NCBI GenBank assembly: GCA_043228905.1
Contig: JBHGNT010000007.1
Coordinates: forward strand, 15,004,001-15,068,000
DNA length: 64,000 bases
Direction of reading: 5' to 3'
Source: Azolla caroliniana
Taxonomy: Eukaryota > Plantae > Polypodiophyta
In this document: positions 34,984-48,252 of the stretch, piece by piece
How the letters are laid out: each line of letters opens with the position of its first letter
How positions within the stretch are numbered: position 1 is the first letter of the stretch
Notes under the pieces: generated by a model
Databases searched by the model: none
Told to the model about the DNA's origin: nothing
What the model saw: the letters and a program-made list of their open reading frames with translations, nothing else
Program-made: the position numbers and the translations under genes

Positions 34984-37900
34984 GATCGTCTGTTTCTCTT
35001 CTCTGATCTCACCATCACCATCACAGTCACAGTCACAATCGCAATCGCAATCGCAATCACGGTGGCCATCACCATCACCATCGCTACCATCATTATCTAA
35101 TTCTCAGCCATGGCTATGGCTGCCTTTCTTCCCACTCATCGCCAAAGCAAGATCCAGTGTTCAACAATATCGTGGCCTTCTTCTTGTATCTGGTTCTTAT
35201 AGCACAGCTAAGAGAGCCTTCTCTTCCTCATCACCAGCACGTTCTTCGAAGGATCCTGTTCCTCAGTCTTCCGTTGATGACAATAGAATTCCCGTGACAG
35301 TAATTACTGGCTTTCTTGGTGCTGGGAAGGCAAGTGAAACTGTTTTTCTACCGTGTTTCTTTGTCAGCTGCCGTCACCTCACATTGCGCTCTCTCAATCA
35401 CTTCAATCTCGCCTTTTATATATCTACAAAGAAATGCAATTATTCAGATAAGCTAAGCTAACTAGCTAAACAACTCGCGTTTATTCAGATCACTATCCTT
35501 TTCTGTCTTTACGCCTTTATGTTTTTATGAAATTTCGTCTTTATGAAATTCAGGCAATCCAACTTGAACATTTCTTTCCTCAGATCACCGTGAAGATTTT
35601 TCTCTTGCTGAGATTATTTTGACGGTTATTGATGGTGTTTTGACCAAGTTGTTTTCTTAAATTTGGCCGTTATAGACAGAAATTGTTGACATATCCAGGT
35701 AAGCTAAGCACATTTTTCTTTCCTAAAGATTGTCCTTAAAGAGATAGTTGAGCCAGGAATTTCGTTAAACACTTAATTCTTTTTCTCAGTCCTCTGAAAT
35801 TCCTTTGTAGAGGTGATTACTGCCACTTCGCTTGCCTGGCGATTCTATCCTCCTGCCAGATTTCCTACTTTTCAAACCGCTTTGCTACCGTATTCCCAAA
35901 AGCTAATTAGCTCAAAACTTTATTTTCACTTCATTTTTTTCTTTGTCTTTTTTCATAGTCTACCACTGTCATTGATGGCCTCCGCATCTGTATTATTGTC
36001 ATTAAAATCGTCCTTTATTCCTTACACAACCAGAAATTATTCACATATTCTGGTCAGGAAAGCTACATGCTTCATTCATTCCCCCCCTTCTTTTTATTTG
36101 TAGCAAATAACTGCCATTGCTAGCGTTGTTGTAATTTTCTTTCTTAAGTTTCTTCCTTCTGTAGACAGAGAGAGATTGTTGACATAAGATAATGTAAACT
36201 ATTTGCTTAATTTTTTACACTCTTCTTTCTTCATAGCTGATTAATTATATTCATAACTGGAGAAACACCTATATGTTTCAGTTTTCCTAAGTTTCTCTCT
36301 TTCTTAACACCTGCTTATGCTAACAGAAATTGTGACATAAGGCAGCTAATTATTGTTGGCTACATTGCCATGGTTTTCAACATTTCCTAAGTTTCTGGCC
36401 TCATTGTTTATGTATTTTTCCTACAATTTTTTATTTTTGTTGGCTAAGAAAGGTTTCTATCAAAATTTCTGAATTACCTACTTGTATCTGCCATTTCGAC
36501 TACTAGTAATGAAAGATATGTAGACTAAACCCCTAGATCATGACTTGAGCGTATCATATCTTAGAAAATTAGAAATCCTGACTTAAACAATTTATTACAA
36601 GGGAGGAGTTAGATTTGTCACTTTCCATACTTTAGACATGGATTCATGTTTGTTGCATCTCTCTCCTGGGCCAAATTTGGTCTTAGAAGATGTTAATGTA
36701 TCTATCTTTCTTTCTTTCTCAAAATGATGTCATAGTTGTAAAGTTGCAAGGAATGGGTATTCTACAAGGTTCTGAAGTGGAGGCAGTGTTCTATATTTTC
36801 CAAAAATTCTGGAATAATGTTAATGCTAAGGTCATCCATGAATTTGAAGTAGGCTGTGTCTCCTTAGTGTATGCTTCATGATATGGTCTTTAAAGTTCTT
36901 GCATTGTGTACATATTTGATAATTTAATTAACTTCTGCTATTACTTACTACTAAATATATATTTATGATTATATTATCTATTTAATTCTCTTACTGCTAT
37001 GAATTGTTATACATATTCTCACTCAAATTTTAATTTGGAAGCTAGACCTTTTTTCTCTTCAGAAGGTTTTTTGATTCTTAATCTGTTGCTGTTATATTTG
37101 AATGCAGACAACGCTGTTAAATTATGTCTTGAAATTTGATCATGGAAAAAGGCTTGCTGTGATCGAGAATGAGGTATCCAACTTATATGTTTGATAAAAA
37201 GTTTTCAAGTGTTGAGTTTTCCATGTGTATTTTTAAATGATTTAGATGGTAGAATTCTTGTATCCTGAAGCAGTAAGAAAAATTCTCTCTACCTATCCTA
37301 ATAACAATACTGTTCTAGAATTGTTTTATTGGTGCATACTCAGCTGAAGCAATAAATGCGTTGAAGATGTTCCAACTATACATGAATTTTGCTTTTTGTG
37401 ATGCTCTTATATTTATATGCTAGTTCGAAGAAGCTTCTAATATTTGAAAATGTTCAGGTTTTCTTTTTGTAATATTTGAACTTGATATGTGTTTTATTGA
37501 GACTTAAACAATGTCAAATTATTGGCAGTTTGGAGAAGTGGACATAGATGGCTCCCTGGTTGCTGCACAAAAATCTGGACAAGAGGATATAATGATGCTG
37601 AATAATGGATGCATTTGCTGTACTGTGAGGGGTGACCTTGTGAAAATGATTGAAGAGCTCATAAACACAAAAAGGGATATGTTTGATCACATTATTATTG
37701 AGACTACAGGTACAGTAGTTTGTAAATAATTTATGTTGTGTAAATCTAATGTTGCCTGAAAATGATCTGGTTCCTGGGTGTTTAGTTTGTATCATAAAGC
37801 CTAATTTTCATTGTGCATGTTTCATCATCAAATCATTGGCAGGTTTGTAACATTTTTTATGTGTCGTATTGTTATTAGGGTAGATATAGAGAAATTCACA

Positions 37901-40424
37901 GCTCATCCATTATTAGGGTTTCACCTCAAGATTTTAGTAGTTTCTATGATATCGGCTCCAGATTTAGAGGTTTATTTAGAGTTTTGTTTACATGTATGAA
38001 TCAGCATAATTACGTAAGGTTTGATTATAGGTGTGCCTCTAACAGTTCTACTTGCGTCACAATAATTCTAATGTGGAGATGACCACATAATTACCTGCAT
38101 GCGATGTAAATTGTAACTAATGCTAACAGAATGCTGTTCAATGTATTATTCGTGTGTAACTTCAGTAAAGTGACATCTAAACCTCTCGCCCATTAGGAGA
38201 ATTTCTTTAATTATGATGGTTATTTGTGTCCTCCAATATAATTTACTCTCCTCATATAGTGTGAAGCAGTAATGCGATAAGGGTTTAATTAATCACCCTC
38301 TCTATTACTTTAAAGCAAGTAAAGTTTACCCAAACCTTGTTGGTATGAGAATACTTTGTCATGTTTATCTGCATCACTGTTTATATATTCATTAAAGATC
38401 ATTTCGTTGTGATGCTCACCATGCTCAAAACAGTAGGTCTAGGCATGAGATGCAAATGGAAAAAGTATTGTGGCCATAGTGTCAGAATTACTGTTGTGCA
38501 TTCTTGTTACTTTTACTATGTAAAAATGCCCAAATATCATAAATCTTGCAGTGGAAACCCTAACAATAATTTCTATATGAGTAGATGAATTACAGGATAT
38601 GGAAAAATTATGTTTGTACGAGTAGAATAAAATTGGAAGTTTGCTATTGTTTATGTGGTTGGATTTGTCGACTTATACTAGCTAAGGAACCTTTGTCATA
38701 GATATGCATGTTCGGGTCTAATAATAAGAATCATGTTAGTAATGTCTTTCTTTTGAATGTCCTAGGTCTAGCAAACCCTGCACCTATTATTGAAACTTTC
38801 TACATGGAGGAGAGCTTGGCTCCTCATGTTAGACTAGATGGTGTGCTGACTCTAGTGGATGCAAAACATGCACCCCAGCATCTTGATGAGAAGAAACCTG
38901 AAGGAGTTGTGAATGAAGCAGTGCAACAGATTGCTTATGCTGATCGTATTCTTTTGAACAAGGTCAACATTAAAGTTAGGAAAGCTACATATGGTTCACT
39001 ACATGATTTGAATTCTGAGTCATTCTATGAAGTTGTGAGATTGCCAGCTCCATGTTTGTTGGGTCCTTTATTACGAATATTTTGAAGAATTATTTACGCT
39101 GATTCATGTGTGACTATTTTTTGTTGGATTTTTTGTCTCAACCTTGTCTTATGATTTTACAGGTGGATCTTGTGAGTGCAGAAGATTTGGAAGTACTTGC
39201 ACAGCGTATCAAGGTGAATTTTCTAGTTCGTTGATTCTTTTAGTTAAGAATACAGTTAGGATGGACCAAATGTGCCTTTTAGGGTTTGGTCTCCTTGTTG
39301 AGAGAATATGCAGTCTGTCAAGAATGCATAGAGACAAGTCTGGCATATGACTCTTTGGAATTCTGATATAACTTTCTTATTGTATGTGAGATGCTGCATT
39401 TTGAATGTTTTTGTGCTCCTTTGACTATTCTGTGTTTATGGTATGGGCCCTTATAAACGCTACTGTCAATTCTGTAGGGAATCAATGAAATTGCACATGT
39501 AAAGCAGACAAAGTACGGTGAAGTCGATATGGATTATGTACTGGGTATAGGAGGATTTTCTCTTGAAAGGTTTGACATGGCTATATATTAAATGGCTCTT
39601 TGCGTGTGCAAAATCAGTGTATGCATGTCCAGTTACTGGATTACTCTGTATTAACGTACTAAAAGGAAATTATTGTTGGTGTTTCTCTTAAGAATCGAGA
39701 AGGACATCATGGAGGAAAAGGAAGCTAAGGAACACAAGCATTCTGCTTCTAACCATGATCGTTAGTATCTTGGGCAGAGGAGCTGTTCTTTTGTACCCTG
39801 TGCTTAATCTTAATCTCATAATTGTTTATTGGTTATATGCAGATCACCATCATCATGATCCTGGGCACTCAAAGCATCATCACCATCATCATGTACATGA
39901 CTCTGGTGTTGGCTCTGTCAGCATTGTCTGTGAGGGAACTCTAGATTTGGACAAGGTAATTATAATTAATTAGCACACAGTGATGAGAAGATGATTTAAA
40001 TGCTTCTTGAACATTTTCCTGATTACCATTATGGATATACGTCAATAATGTTTTGCAGATAAATGCATGGCTAGGGACATTGCTATCTAGTAATGCAGAT
40101 GATATCTATCGTTGCAAAGGTGTCTTGTCTGTTGCTGGTATTGAGCAAAGGTTTGTTTTTCAGGTAATGCAGAAACTATTTTGTTTTGATGAGAAAAAAA
40201 ATATCCCGTGGCCAGAGTTGAATTTTTCTGAATGTGATGTCTTTTCTTACAAGCAGGCAGTGCATGCTTTGTTCGAGGGTGGTACTGATCGACCTTGGGG
40301 ACCTGATGAGAATCGAACCAACAAGCTCGTGTTCATTGGGAAAAAGCTTGATAAAGAAGCTCTAGAGAAGGGTTTTCAAGAGTGCTTACTTGAGAACCAA
40401 ACAAAGAAGCTGCAGAAAAACTGA
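34820..40424 (+). CDS. PTAC17: COG0523/CobW-domain G3E GTPase metallochaperone (PTAC17/ZNG1-like), 10 exons, probably organelle-targeted
   Basis: Exons 34820-35329, 37108-37173, 37529-37709, 38766-38962, 39163-39213, 39478-39569, 39693-39760, 39843-39955, 40059-40163, 40257-40424 join in frame. Motifs: Walker A GFLGAGK|TT, AVIENE|FGE, GCICC, IETTGLANP, LNKVDL, His-rich linker, CobW_C (IYRCKG..QAVH..LVFIGK). Ser-rich transit-peptide-like N-terminus. Symbol is by family resemblance only. Confidence 0.93.
34919..34984 (+). repeat. (CAA)21CAG coding microsatellite, poly-Q22
   Basis: Uninterrupted CAA run inside exon 1 of the CobW gene. Confidence 0.97.
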
Positions 40425-43400
40425 AACGTGATATATTGGTAGTCTCTTTCACGTGTTAAAGAAAATGAAGCCAACGATGTGTTAGTTGGGAAAAGAAACT
40501 GGAGGATGATTCTACTCTGAGCAATGGTTTTTCAAAATGAACTTAGATTTAATTATCACAAATTTGTGTAGATTTTTCGTAGAGATGGGAGGATTTTGTG
40601 ACAGTAAACTCTTTATTCTCTTGATTGTATCTATTAAATCCTGGAAGTAAGAACTACGTGAAAGATCAATTTTGGCCATAAAATTTGAAGCATAAATTTG
40701 TATGTTGAACAGACTTTTGTTATGCCTGAAGATAAAAACACTTGAAAACAGTCCTTCCTGCCTCCGCAAATCTTGAAATACTTAGCTTAAGAGCCCTTTG
40801 CAGGTAACATTTATACATAAGAAGAGACTTATATGATCATTAACAGCAGCTGCCTCAAGCACGAGTTCTTTCTTTAAGGAAATGGTCTATAATATAATTA
40901 ATACCTCCTCTCAATAGAGAAATGTAAATGGATGTTGACATAAATAAGAGTTGATATATATTTTGCATATGGATTTACAGGCAAATAACACAAGAATATT
41001 GAAAATGGCGTGCCTAACAACAGAATATTGTCAGCAAACAAAATCTGATTGTCAAGCACTAATATTAGAACAGGATTCATGTGTGACCAAACACAAGTTG
41101 ATCCAAGTGAATTATCACCAAAGGCCAAGTCAAGTTTTGGCTCAAAACTGTGTCGACTAATTTTTTGACTTTACCACTCTAGCACATCTTCATAGGCCAT
41201 TAATGGTGAATTGAGACATATTAACAAATCAGTTCAACAATTTTGTGTCATGAAGACGTATTGCTATGTGTTATTGCAAGTCATCTACTATTATAGTGCA
41301 CGGAACATCTAGTGTAAACTTGTCTTTGTCATGGTTGAATATGTACGACAAACAAGATTTTCATTGGACAAGCATATGCAAATTATGCATATGACAAAGA
41401 TTATTGAGAATGGATGCTCCCACTTTACATGGATTAGTTGTTGGGTTGCATTTTTAACTATGATAACTTAAAGTCTTACCCATTATAATATACGATTTGC
41501 ATCAAGTTTTGGGTAGTCCAAATGAACTAGTTAGACCCCTTGGCTATTGTTTAGGATAAAATTCAACTAGGAAAGAAAATGATGAATGGGTTGTGCGAAA
41601 AGTTCAACAAAAGCCATGTTATTAGCATATTGCAACTTGGTCCCTTCATGTTAGATTGAGGATGGTTCAATCAATACTCTTGGCTTACATGCAACATTAT
41701 ATACTTGATTATGATTGTTTGACCCAAACAAATTATCTATAATATTAACACAGGAATCGTAGGACACTTTGGTGCTCTAAAGAGTCACGCAAAGGTGTAA
41801 GATTCCTATCACAAGAGAAACTATGCACACCACGAATTTAGGGGGAAATAAACATTTGTATATGTTGGCTAGAAAAGTAGCTTTGTCGCTAAAATTTGTT
41901 TGCCACCGCACATTGCCTTGAAGGATGCCACTATATATGTTTGCCAACTGAAAAACCAGGGTATTTGGCTATCATCAAGGTGTAGTGTTTTGGACAGCTC
42001 GATGGACATATTGTAGGATGTCCATTTAGTTCCAAATTCCTTAGGATCGGAAATAACTATTGGAACACATAATATGGAGGGAAAGACCCTCGTAATAAAG
42101 GAACTCTTTGTGGTTAGGAAACGCTTACATTGGAATATTGAGATTCTACAAACCATTAAATGTGACAAGAATCTAGAGTAAGTCTTTTTCCTAACAGAGA
42201 TGGGATATACAACTACAACTACAACTACCTACCTCCTTTAGATAGATATTACAAGATTCATAATTGGATGCTAAAGAAAGGCAATGTTGTTAAATTCCAA
42301 AGATTAAGATTTAGCACACCTTCAATGTTGTTAAATTGGTTGCTACAACTTTTCATTGTTTCAAAGAAGAGATAGACGTAGCTAATTTGTCATTATTGTG
42401 TGTGTGTGTGTGTGCGCGCGCGTGATATGGTGGTTCGAGATTCAGCGATTCGGAAATGAAAGCCTGCATCATAATGCTTCTATGGACTTTAATTTAGCTG
42501 TCTATATATACCCTGACACTTCAATTTCTCTTTTTAAATGTTATTTCATTTTAATGGGTTTTTGACCTTACAAAATACTATAGAAACCATGATTCCTTAA
42601 ATTTAAACAAGAACTCTTGAAATAGTTTTTAGGGAGCCCTCAACATTATTATATAAGGTAATAGAAATGAGATCATAGGTTCCATGGCTGAATAATGCGT
42701 TCAAATTACTCAACTTGCCAGTCTTTTTGTTTGACCAAAATATGCTGCAGAAAACTAGTTCTGGACTCGGCTGTACATTTGACCGACGGAATTTCAATTG
42801 TTGGATTTGATCCAAATACATCCAAAAAAGTCAAGTATTTTTCCAGTTTAGATGCATAGAGGACCTTATCTTGTTGAAGATCACATCGTTGGCATCGTTA
42901 AATCTAGGATTTGACTATATCCACTGGTGCTGGGAGATTTAGTTAATCTGCAGTTTTGGTTATAATGAAACTTTCTAATGGAAAATTCTTACAATTAGGT
43001 TGTAATGAATTTGATTCCATAAACTTCCAACATGTGATATTATAATTACTTAGATCGTGACAATTCCATTGATTTTGAATGAAAAAGTTATAATGACAAC
43101 ATTTCTTTGATGCGATATTTTACCCAATTAATCCACGTGTTGTTGGCACAAGGGGAATTAGATGCAGGCAGCAGAACACAGATGAGATGCGTATCTATAT
43201 CAAAATCTCAATCCAAGCAATAAAAACACAATACAATTTTCAATTTCAAGAAATGGGTTTGATAATAATAATAATACATCAATATCTGCAGTTTATAGAT
43301 ATATAACATAGCATTCTAATTTGCAGAGGAAGACTATCTATATTTACTGTCATCAAATAACAGATCAATATCTCCAATCATACAAGACCTGTGGTAATTA

Positions 43401-43779
43401 TCTTAAAAGAATATCATCATATAATAATGTCGGTGTAAATTTTATAAGTTACAACCAGATGTGAGGATAACATATCAGTTTTATTTACAGTTAGTCTAGG
43501 GGTTCCGTATAATACAATCCCCCCAAAAGGAAAAACGCTGAAGGTTACTGTGTATACTGTTGAAAACCATGGCAATGTGCCAAATTTGTTACTTCTCCAA
43601 ATTCCTGTAATTATTTGTTCTGTATACAAGTATAATTAAGGCATGATCGATGTGTTTTATCTGATGGTGATGAACATATGGTCGTGTGGAGTCAATGAGT
43701 GTATAAATGTAGCTATGTCGGCTGCCCATTAACCATCACCATCACCATCGCCATCGCCATCACCACCAGGATTTCTTCA

Positions 43780-46700
43780 TTAATCTCTGTTGAAGCTAGG
43801 GTAATTTATTAATGTGGGAGTCCTACTCCAATTCGTATCAAATTGTTGAGGGTTTCGATTCGAATTCGAAGGGGGTGGACATAGCCCGGGCATGAAAGAA
43901 TGCAGACAGGATTGCCTAAATGTGGAATTATTACCATCTCCATCATCAAGATCATTATGGCTTTTAAGCATCATATACTCTACCTCACCACTATTCTTCG
44001 TCTCATCATCATTATCATCATCCAATGGTGCAGGCAAATTCAAGTCCAAACCTACATGATGGTGATGATGATTATGATGTTCTGTTTCCTCAATCACAGC
44101 TACTTTACTGTCATTGAAAACTGTTGAAGCAGTAGTATATGGTCCTCCGCTGATTGTGGCATTATTAAGCCGCTGGATAGGAGAGGAGATGGGATGACCA
44201 TGGTGTCCTTTTCGAATGAACTGATCAATCAGAACTCCAACACCCTTATAAGAAGAAGTGCTAGATGTGGTGTCAATGTTCTGATGAGCTACTGCTACAT
44301 GTGGGGGGGATTTCCCCGGGCCCGTCCAATGGCATCTCTTATGTCCACCCAGAGCTTGACCCGTCGGGAAAACTCTGTGGCAAACCGAGCATTCATGTCC
44401 ATGCATATTGTTGGTGTTATTAATGATCTCCCTGCCATAACTAACACTGTATTTCTTCTTCATTCTCTCTAATCCAAGTGGAGAAGAGTCTTCTTGTCTA
44501 CCAATATTAGCATAACTATGACTATTATTAGTAGAGGCTGCTGTCTCCTCTAGTCCATGCATTATTACCTCCTGTTGTTGTTCTGGATCAACTAGTGATG
44601 ATCTGTTATTATTATAAGCTGCTGTACTACTACTAGTTATGCTGCTGATCTGATCTTTGGCATAGCATCCATTCTTCTTCTTGTGGCTTGCTCTATGGCC
44701 TCCCAGTGCCTGAGGGGATCCAAAGCTCTTCTTACAGCCACTACACACATATAATCTCAGTTTACTATCATGCTTAACATGCACTTCATTCTCATAAATC
44801 ACATTCATATCATTATCATTATCATCATCATCATCATCATCTTCTTCTTGTTCTTCTTGTTCTTTTTCATCCACCTTCCTGACATTGATGATATCAGAAG
44901 AAATTATATGTAATGGGCCCTCCTGTTTTTTTGTCGTCCTCATTATCTCGAGTACACGATCGAGTCCATTATAATTCACTCCACTTGCTTCTCCGATGAT
45001 GATGGTACCATTAGGACCTATGTCATACTCATTATTATCATTGGGCTCTACGGAATATTGATCGGATCGGATCACGTGGCCGCTGGAATATTCCGAGACC
45101 TGACGATGATTACGAGCTATGAGATCCATGCCAAACAGTACGGTAGCAGGCCGCTTACAAGTGAAAGGATCTTCCCCATTAATAGTAGTAGTAGCAGTAG
45201 TAGTGGCGGTGGATTCCGAGAGGAGGGGCTGTTGGCGATGATTGCCAGTGTCGGGAACTATATAATTAGGTTGCTTAAATTCTGGTACCTGCTTGACACC
45301 ATTGTAATGACCTTCTTGATCTTCTTGATCTTGGTGTATTACATCTATTCCTCCATTAGATAAGAGGAGGAGGCACCGGGCGAGATCGATATCATGGTCA
45401 TGATGTCTCTTCATTTTCATGATAATATCTGGTTTCTTGTTTACATCAACTTCCTTCATCCCACCATGGCCATGACCATCACCATCACTACCATTAATAC
45501 CATCCTGATCATGACCATGATCATGGCCATCACCATCACCACCATTAATACCATCCTCATCATGGCCATCATCACATTGATCATGGGGAGACTCCTCAGG
45601 CATCCCCACCAAATGATCAAATATGGGGTTTGAATCAAGTCTTGCTGCAGGCAACCTTTTCTCATCACTTTCAACCTCTACATCTGCATTAGTTATGTAA
45701 ATGTTATTAGATGTGGTTTCAGTGGTCAGCACAGTCTCAAGAGTAGTAGAGCTCAACTCATGATCATCATCATCAATATTAGTGTGATTGTTACTTTTAT
45801 GGCCAAGCTGTGGCAGCTGTTCATGTGGTGGTGATGGATATGGGGAGGAGGGATCATAGTTTGTGTGATTAGTGGATGAATTCTTTATGTAGTTATGACC
45901 TAATCCTATAGTTTTATGTCCATTATTGCTATGCCTTGCAGATGATCTCTTGGATCTCTTACCAGTGGGCCAGAAACATTGAGCTGTTTTAGTTTCCATT
46001 GTACCTTTCAGAAGACGAATCTGATCATCAACACCTGCTTCTTGGATCTCTTCATGATGAATCCCCTCTTCTTCTTCTGGTTCTTCTTCTTGATGCATGA
46101 TCTGATCTTCATGGCCTGCAGCTAAAAACTCCAGTCCCAGAGGATGATGAGCCTCTGATTTCGATGCAAGTTTATTACTGATGACGAGCTTAAATCGATG
46201 ATGAGTATATGGTTGATGACTGCTAGCAGACGATGATCTGCTGGTAGAAGATTTATCAGAAACACTCAGATCATCACTACTACCATTACTCCTACCACTA
46301 TTTGGGTTAGAATCGCTGCTTATACGATCATTATCTTGATGAGCAGGAAGAGGAGGTGGAGCAGGAGGAGCAGGAGCAGGAGGTTGGATTCCTCTCCATT
46401 GTCTCTCTGGGTGGCTCCTCATGTGGCCGAACAGAGCTTTCTGAGACATGAAATCCCTGCTGCAGACCGGGCATATATTCCTACCATTACTGCTGCTTCT
46501 TCCTCCTTCCCGAGCATGATCCATATTATCTCCTGCAGGCTCATTCTTCTTCTCAGTCTTCCCGCTCATTAGGGTTTCTTGATCCTTTGACGCAAAGCCT
46601 GCAGATCTATTACGATCATGCAGGTCATCACCATGCTCATGGCTGTACTCCTTGCTCATGTAGTAATATTTCTTCTTCTTTTTCTTCTTCTTCTTGTTAG

Positions 46701-47424
46701 CTATAGCCGCCTGCTTACTGCTGTTATGAATCATTCCGAATTGATCAACACAGAAGAGCTTGCCACCATCGCCATTGATGGATTGATTACTATTATGATT
46801 CGGATGAGTGGTCTGATAATCATAATTATGAACGATAAGTTCCTCTTCTTCATCCATGAGGTGTGATTCATGAGGCCGATTAATATAGCACCCTTCATCC
46901 ATATCTGAATCGAGATTCTTCTGCTTCTTCTTCCTCCTCCTCTTCTTTTCATTCATTTGATCTGAGATAACAGAACAATTAACTTCCTCCTCCTCCTCCT
47001 CTTCTTCTTCTTCTCCTTCCAATTTAGGAGAATTGTTACTATGGATCCTCATATGGCCTCCTAGAGCTCTCCCTGTAGAGAATTCTTTGGAGCAGATCTT
47101 ACAAACCAGAGAGAAATTCCCAGAAGAAGCGAGGATCCTTCTCTTCCGATTCATCAATATCTTTTGATGATTATCAGCATGGAGACCTACCGATATAATA
47201 TTCACATCAGATCTATCCTCTGAATGATCACTTAAACCAAGGTCTATATTATCATTAATCGGTAACTCATCTCCAATACATGGATTTGTTGAACTAGTAA
47301 TGATCGGTGCCTTATGAAGGCTCGATCCGTTGGGCTGCCCTCGGACCAGAGGAATGAATCGATCTTTGAAAACTTGCTCTCTTGATCGATCTGCCCCCGG
47401 TTTTTCTTCACAATCTGGTGGCAT
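43780..47424 (-). CDS. DAZ1: Intronless C2H2 zinc-finger EAR-motif repressor, DAZ1/ZAT3-like, 1214 aa
   Basis: Four fingers (RALGGHMRIH, KALFGHMRSHPERQWRGIQPP, QALGGHRASHKK..GC, QALGGHKRCHW), a DLARCLLLLS box and C-terminal EAR LDLNLPAP; the KALFGH..HPERQWRGI.PP finger is the DAZ1/DAZ2 signature. Orthology not tested. Confidence 0.88.
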   Translation of the reverse strand: MPPDCEEKPGADRSREQVFKDRFIPLVRGQPNGSSLHKAPIITSSTNPCIGDELPINDNIDLGLSDHSEDRSDVNIISVGLHADNHQKILMNRKRRILASSGNFSLVCKICSKEFSTGRALGGHMRIHSNNSPKLEGEEEEEEEEEEVNCSVISDQMNEKKRRRKKKQKNLDSDMDEGCYINRPHESHLMDEEEELIVHNYDYQTTHPNHNSNQSINGDGGKLFCVDQFGMIHNSSKQAAIANKKKKKKKKKYYYMSKEYSHEHGDDLHDRNRSAGFASKDQETLMSGKTEKKNEPAGDNMDHAREGGRSSSNGRNICPVCSRDFMSQKALFGHMRSHPERQWRGIQPPAPAPPAPPPLPAHQDNDRISSDSNPNSGRSNGSSDDLSVSDKSSTSRSSSASSHQPYTHHRFKLVISNKLASKSEAHHPLGLEFLAAGHEDQIMHQEEEPEEEEGIHHEEIQEAGVDDQIRLLKGTMETKTAQCFWPTGKRSKRSSARHSNNGHKTIGLGHNYIKNSSTNHTNYDPSSPYPSPPHEQLPQLGHKSNNHTNIDDDDHELSSTTLETVLTTETTSNNIYITNADVEVESDEKRLPAARLDSNPIFDHLVGMPEESPHDQCDDGHDEDGINGGDGDGHDHGHDQDGINGSDGDGHGHGGMKEVDVNKKPDIIMKMKRHHDHDIDLARCLLLLSNGGIDVIHQDQEDQEGHYNGVKQVPEFKQPNYIVPDTGNHRQQPLLSESTATTTATTTINGEDPFTCKRPATVLFGMDLIARNHRQVSEYSSGHVIRSDQYSVEPNDNNEYDIGPNGTIIIGEASGVNYNGLDRVLEIMRTTKKQEGPLHIISSDIINVRKVDEKEQEEQEEDDDDDDDNDNDMNVIYENEVHVKHDSKLRLYVCSGCKKSFGSPQALGGHRASHKKKNGCYAKDQISSITSSSTAAYNNNRSSLVDPEQQQEVIMHGLEETAASTNNSHSYANIGRQEDSSPLGLERMKKKYSVSYGREIINNTNNMHGHECSVCHRVFPTGQALGGHKRCHWTGPGKSPPHVAVAHQNIDTTSSTSSYKGVGVLIDQFIRKGHHGHPISSPIQRLNNATISGGPYTTASTVFNDSKVAVIEETEHHNHHHHHVGLDLNLPAPLDDDNDDETKNSGEVEYMMLKSHNDLDDGDGNNSTFRQSCLHSFMPGLCPPPSNSNRNPQQFDTNWSRTPTLINYPSFNRD

Positions 47425-48252
47425 AGCCAGGACAATGAATTTGTTATATGATTAGTTAGCTGCTTAAATATAAATGAAGTTAGAATAGAGCTAAATCAAT
47501 AAGGAGCACGGACGGGAGAAGGCGATTAATCCAATTAATTAGCTACTTAAAATCTCAATTAAGATAGATTAGAGGTAAATTAATCGACAGCTAGCGGATG
47601 AGCCGAAGCTTAAGATACAGGACCTAATCTAATCTGAAGAAGGATTTGAGGAGGGGGGGGATAAAAGGAATTTAGGATAATCCAAGTTAAAATGAAGGAA
47701 GGATATTATTAATAGAAGATTAGGGTTTAGGATCAGAAAATGATAATGGGATTCACCAGCAAGCCAAAGAATCGATATACGTACAAGAAGGGTGATTGAT
47801 TTAGTGACTAGGATAGAAGGAAGGGCGATTGATTGATTGATTGATTGATAGATCGATTTGAGTAGTGGGAGAGATGTGAGGGATGGATTAATCAGGGATT
47901 GAAGGGGATGGGGGAAGGGGCGATGATGGAATGGATTTGGGGGTAATAATAGTAGTAATTAAGTAGTAATTAGGGCGGCGAAAAACGCAGAGAAACGGAT
48001 ACAGAGACAGACAGACAGACAGACAGAGGGGGGGGGGGGGGGGGGGGGGGGGGGTTCTGATAATAGTAAGTATGTAAGAATGAGAGAATATGAGAAGAAA
48101 AGAATTTTTAGTGTTAAATTTTAGTGAAGTCAAGAAGAAAAAACAAAAAGGGGGACGGCGACGCTGCGTTTCTGCTTTCTTGCTTTTTGCGTTTTGCTTT
48201 TCTTTTGGCACACACGGCACGCGACGCGCTCACGGCCCGAGGAAGGCAGCCA

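Noticed and set aside
41300-42200. Minus-strand Gypsy integrase remnant
   Set aside because: Only a VPIVISD-like fragment; insufficient evidence without a search.
34820-47424. Functional zinc cluster (metallochaperone next to a zinc-finger gene)
   Set aside because: Convergent neighbours with probably different compartments; adjacency alone is not evidence in a plant genome.
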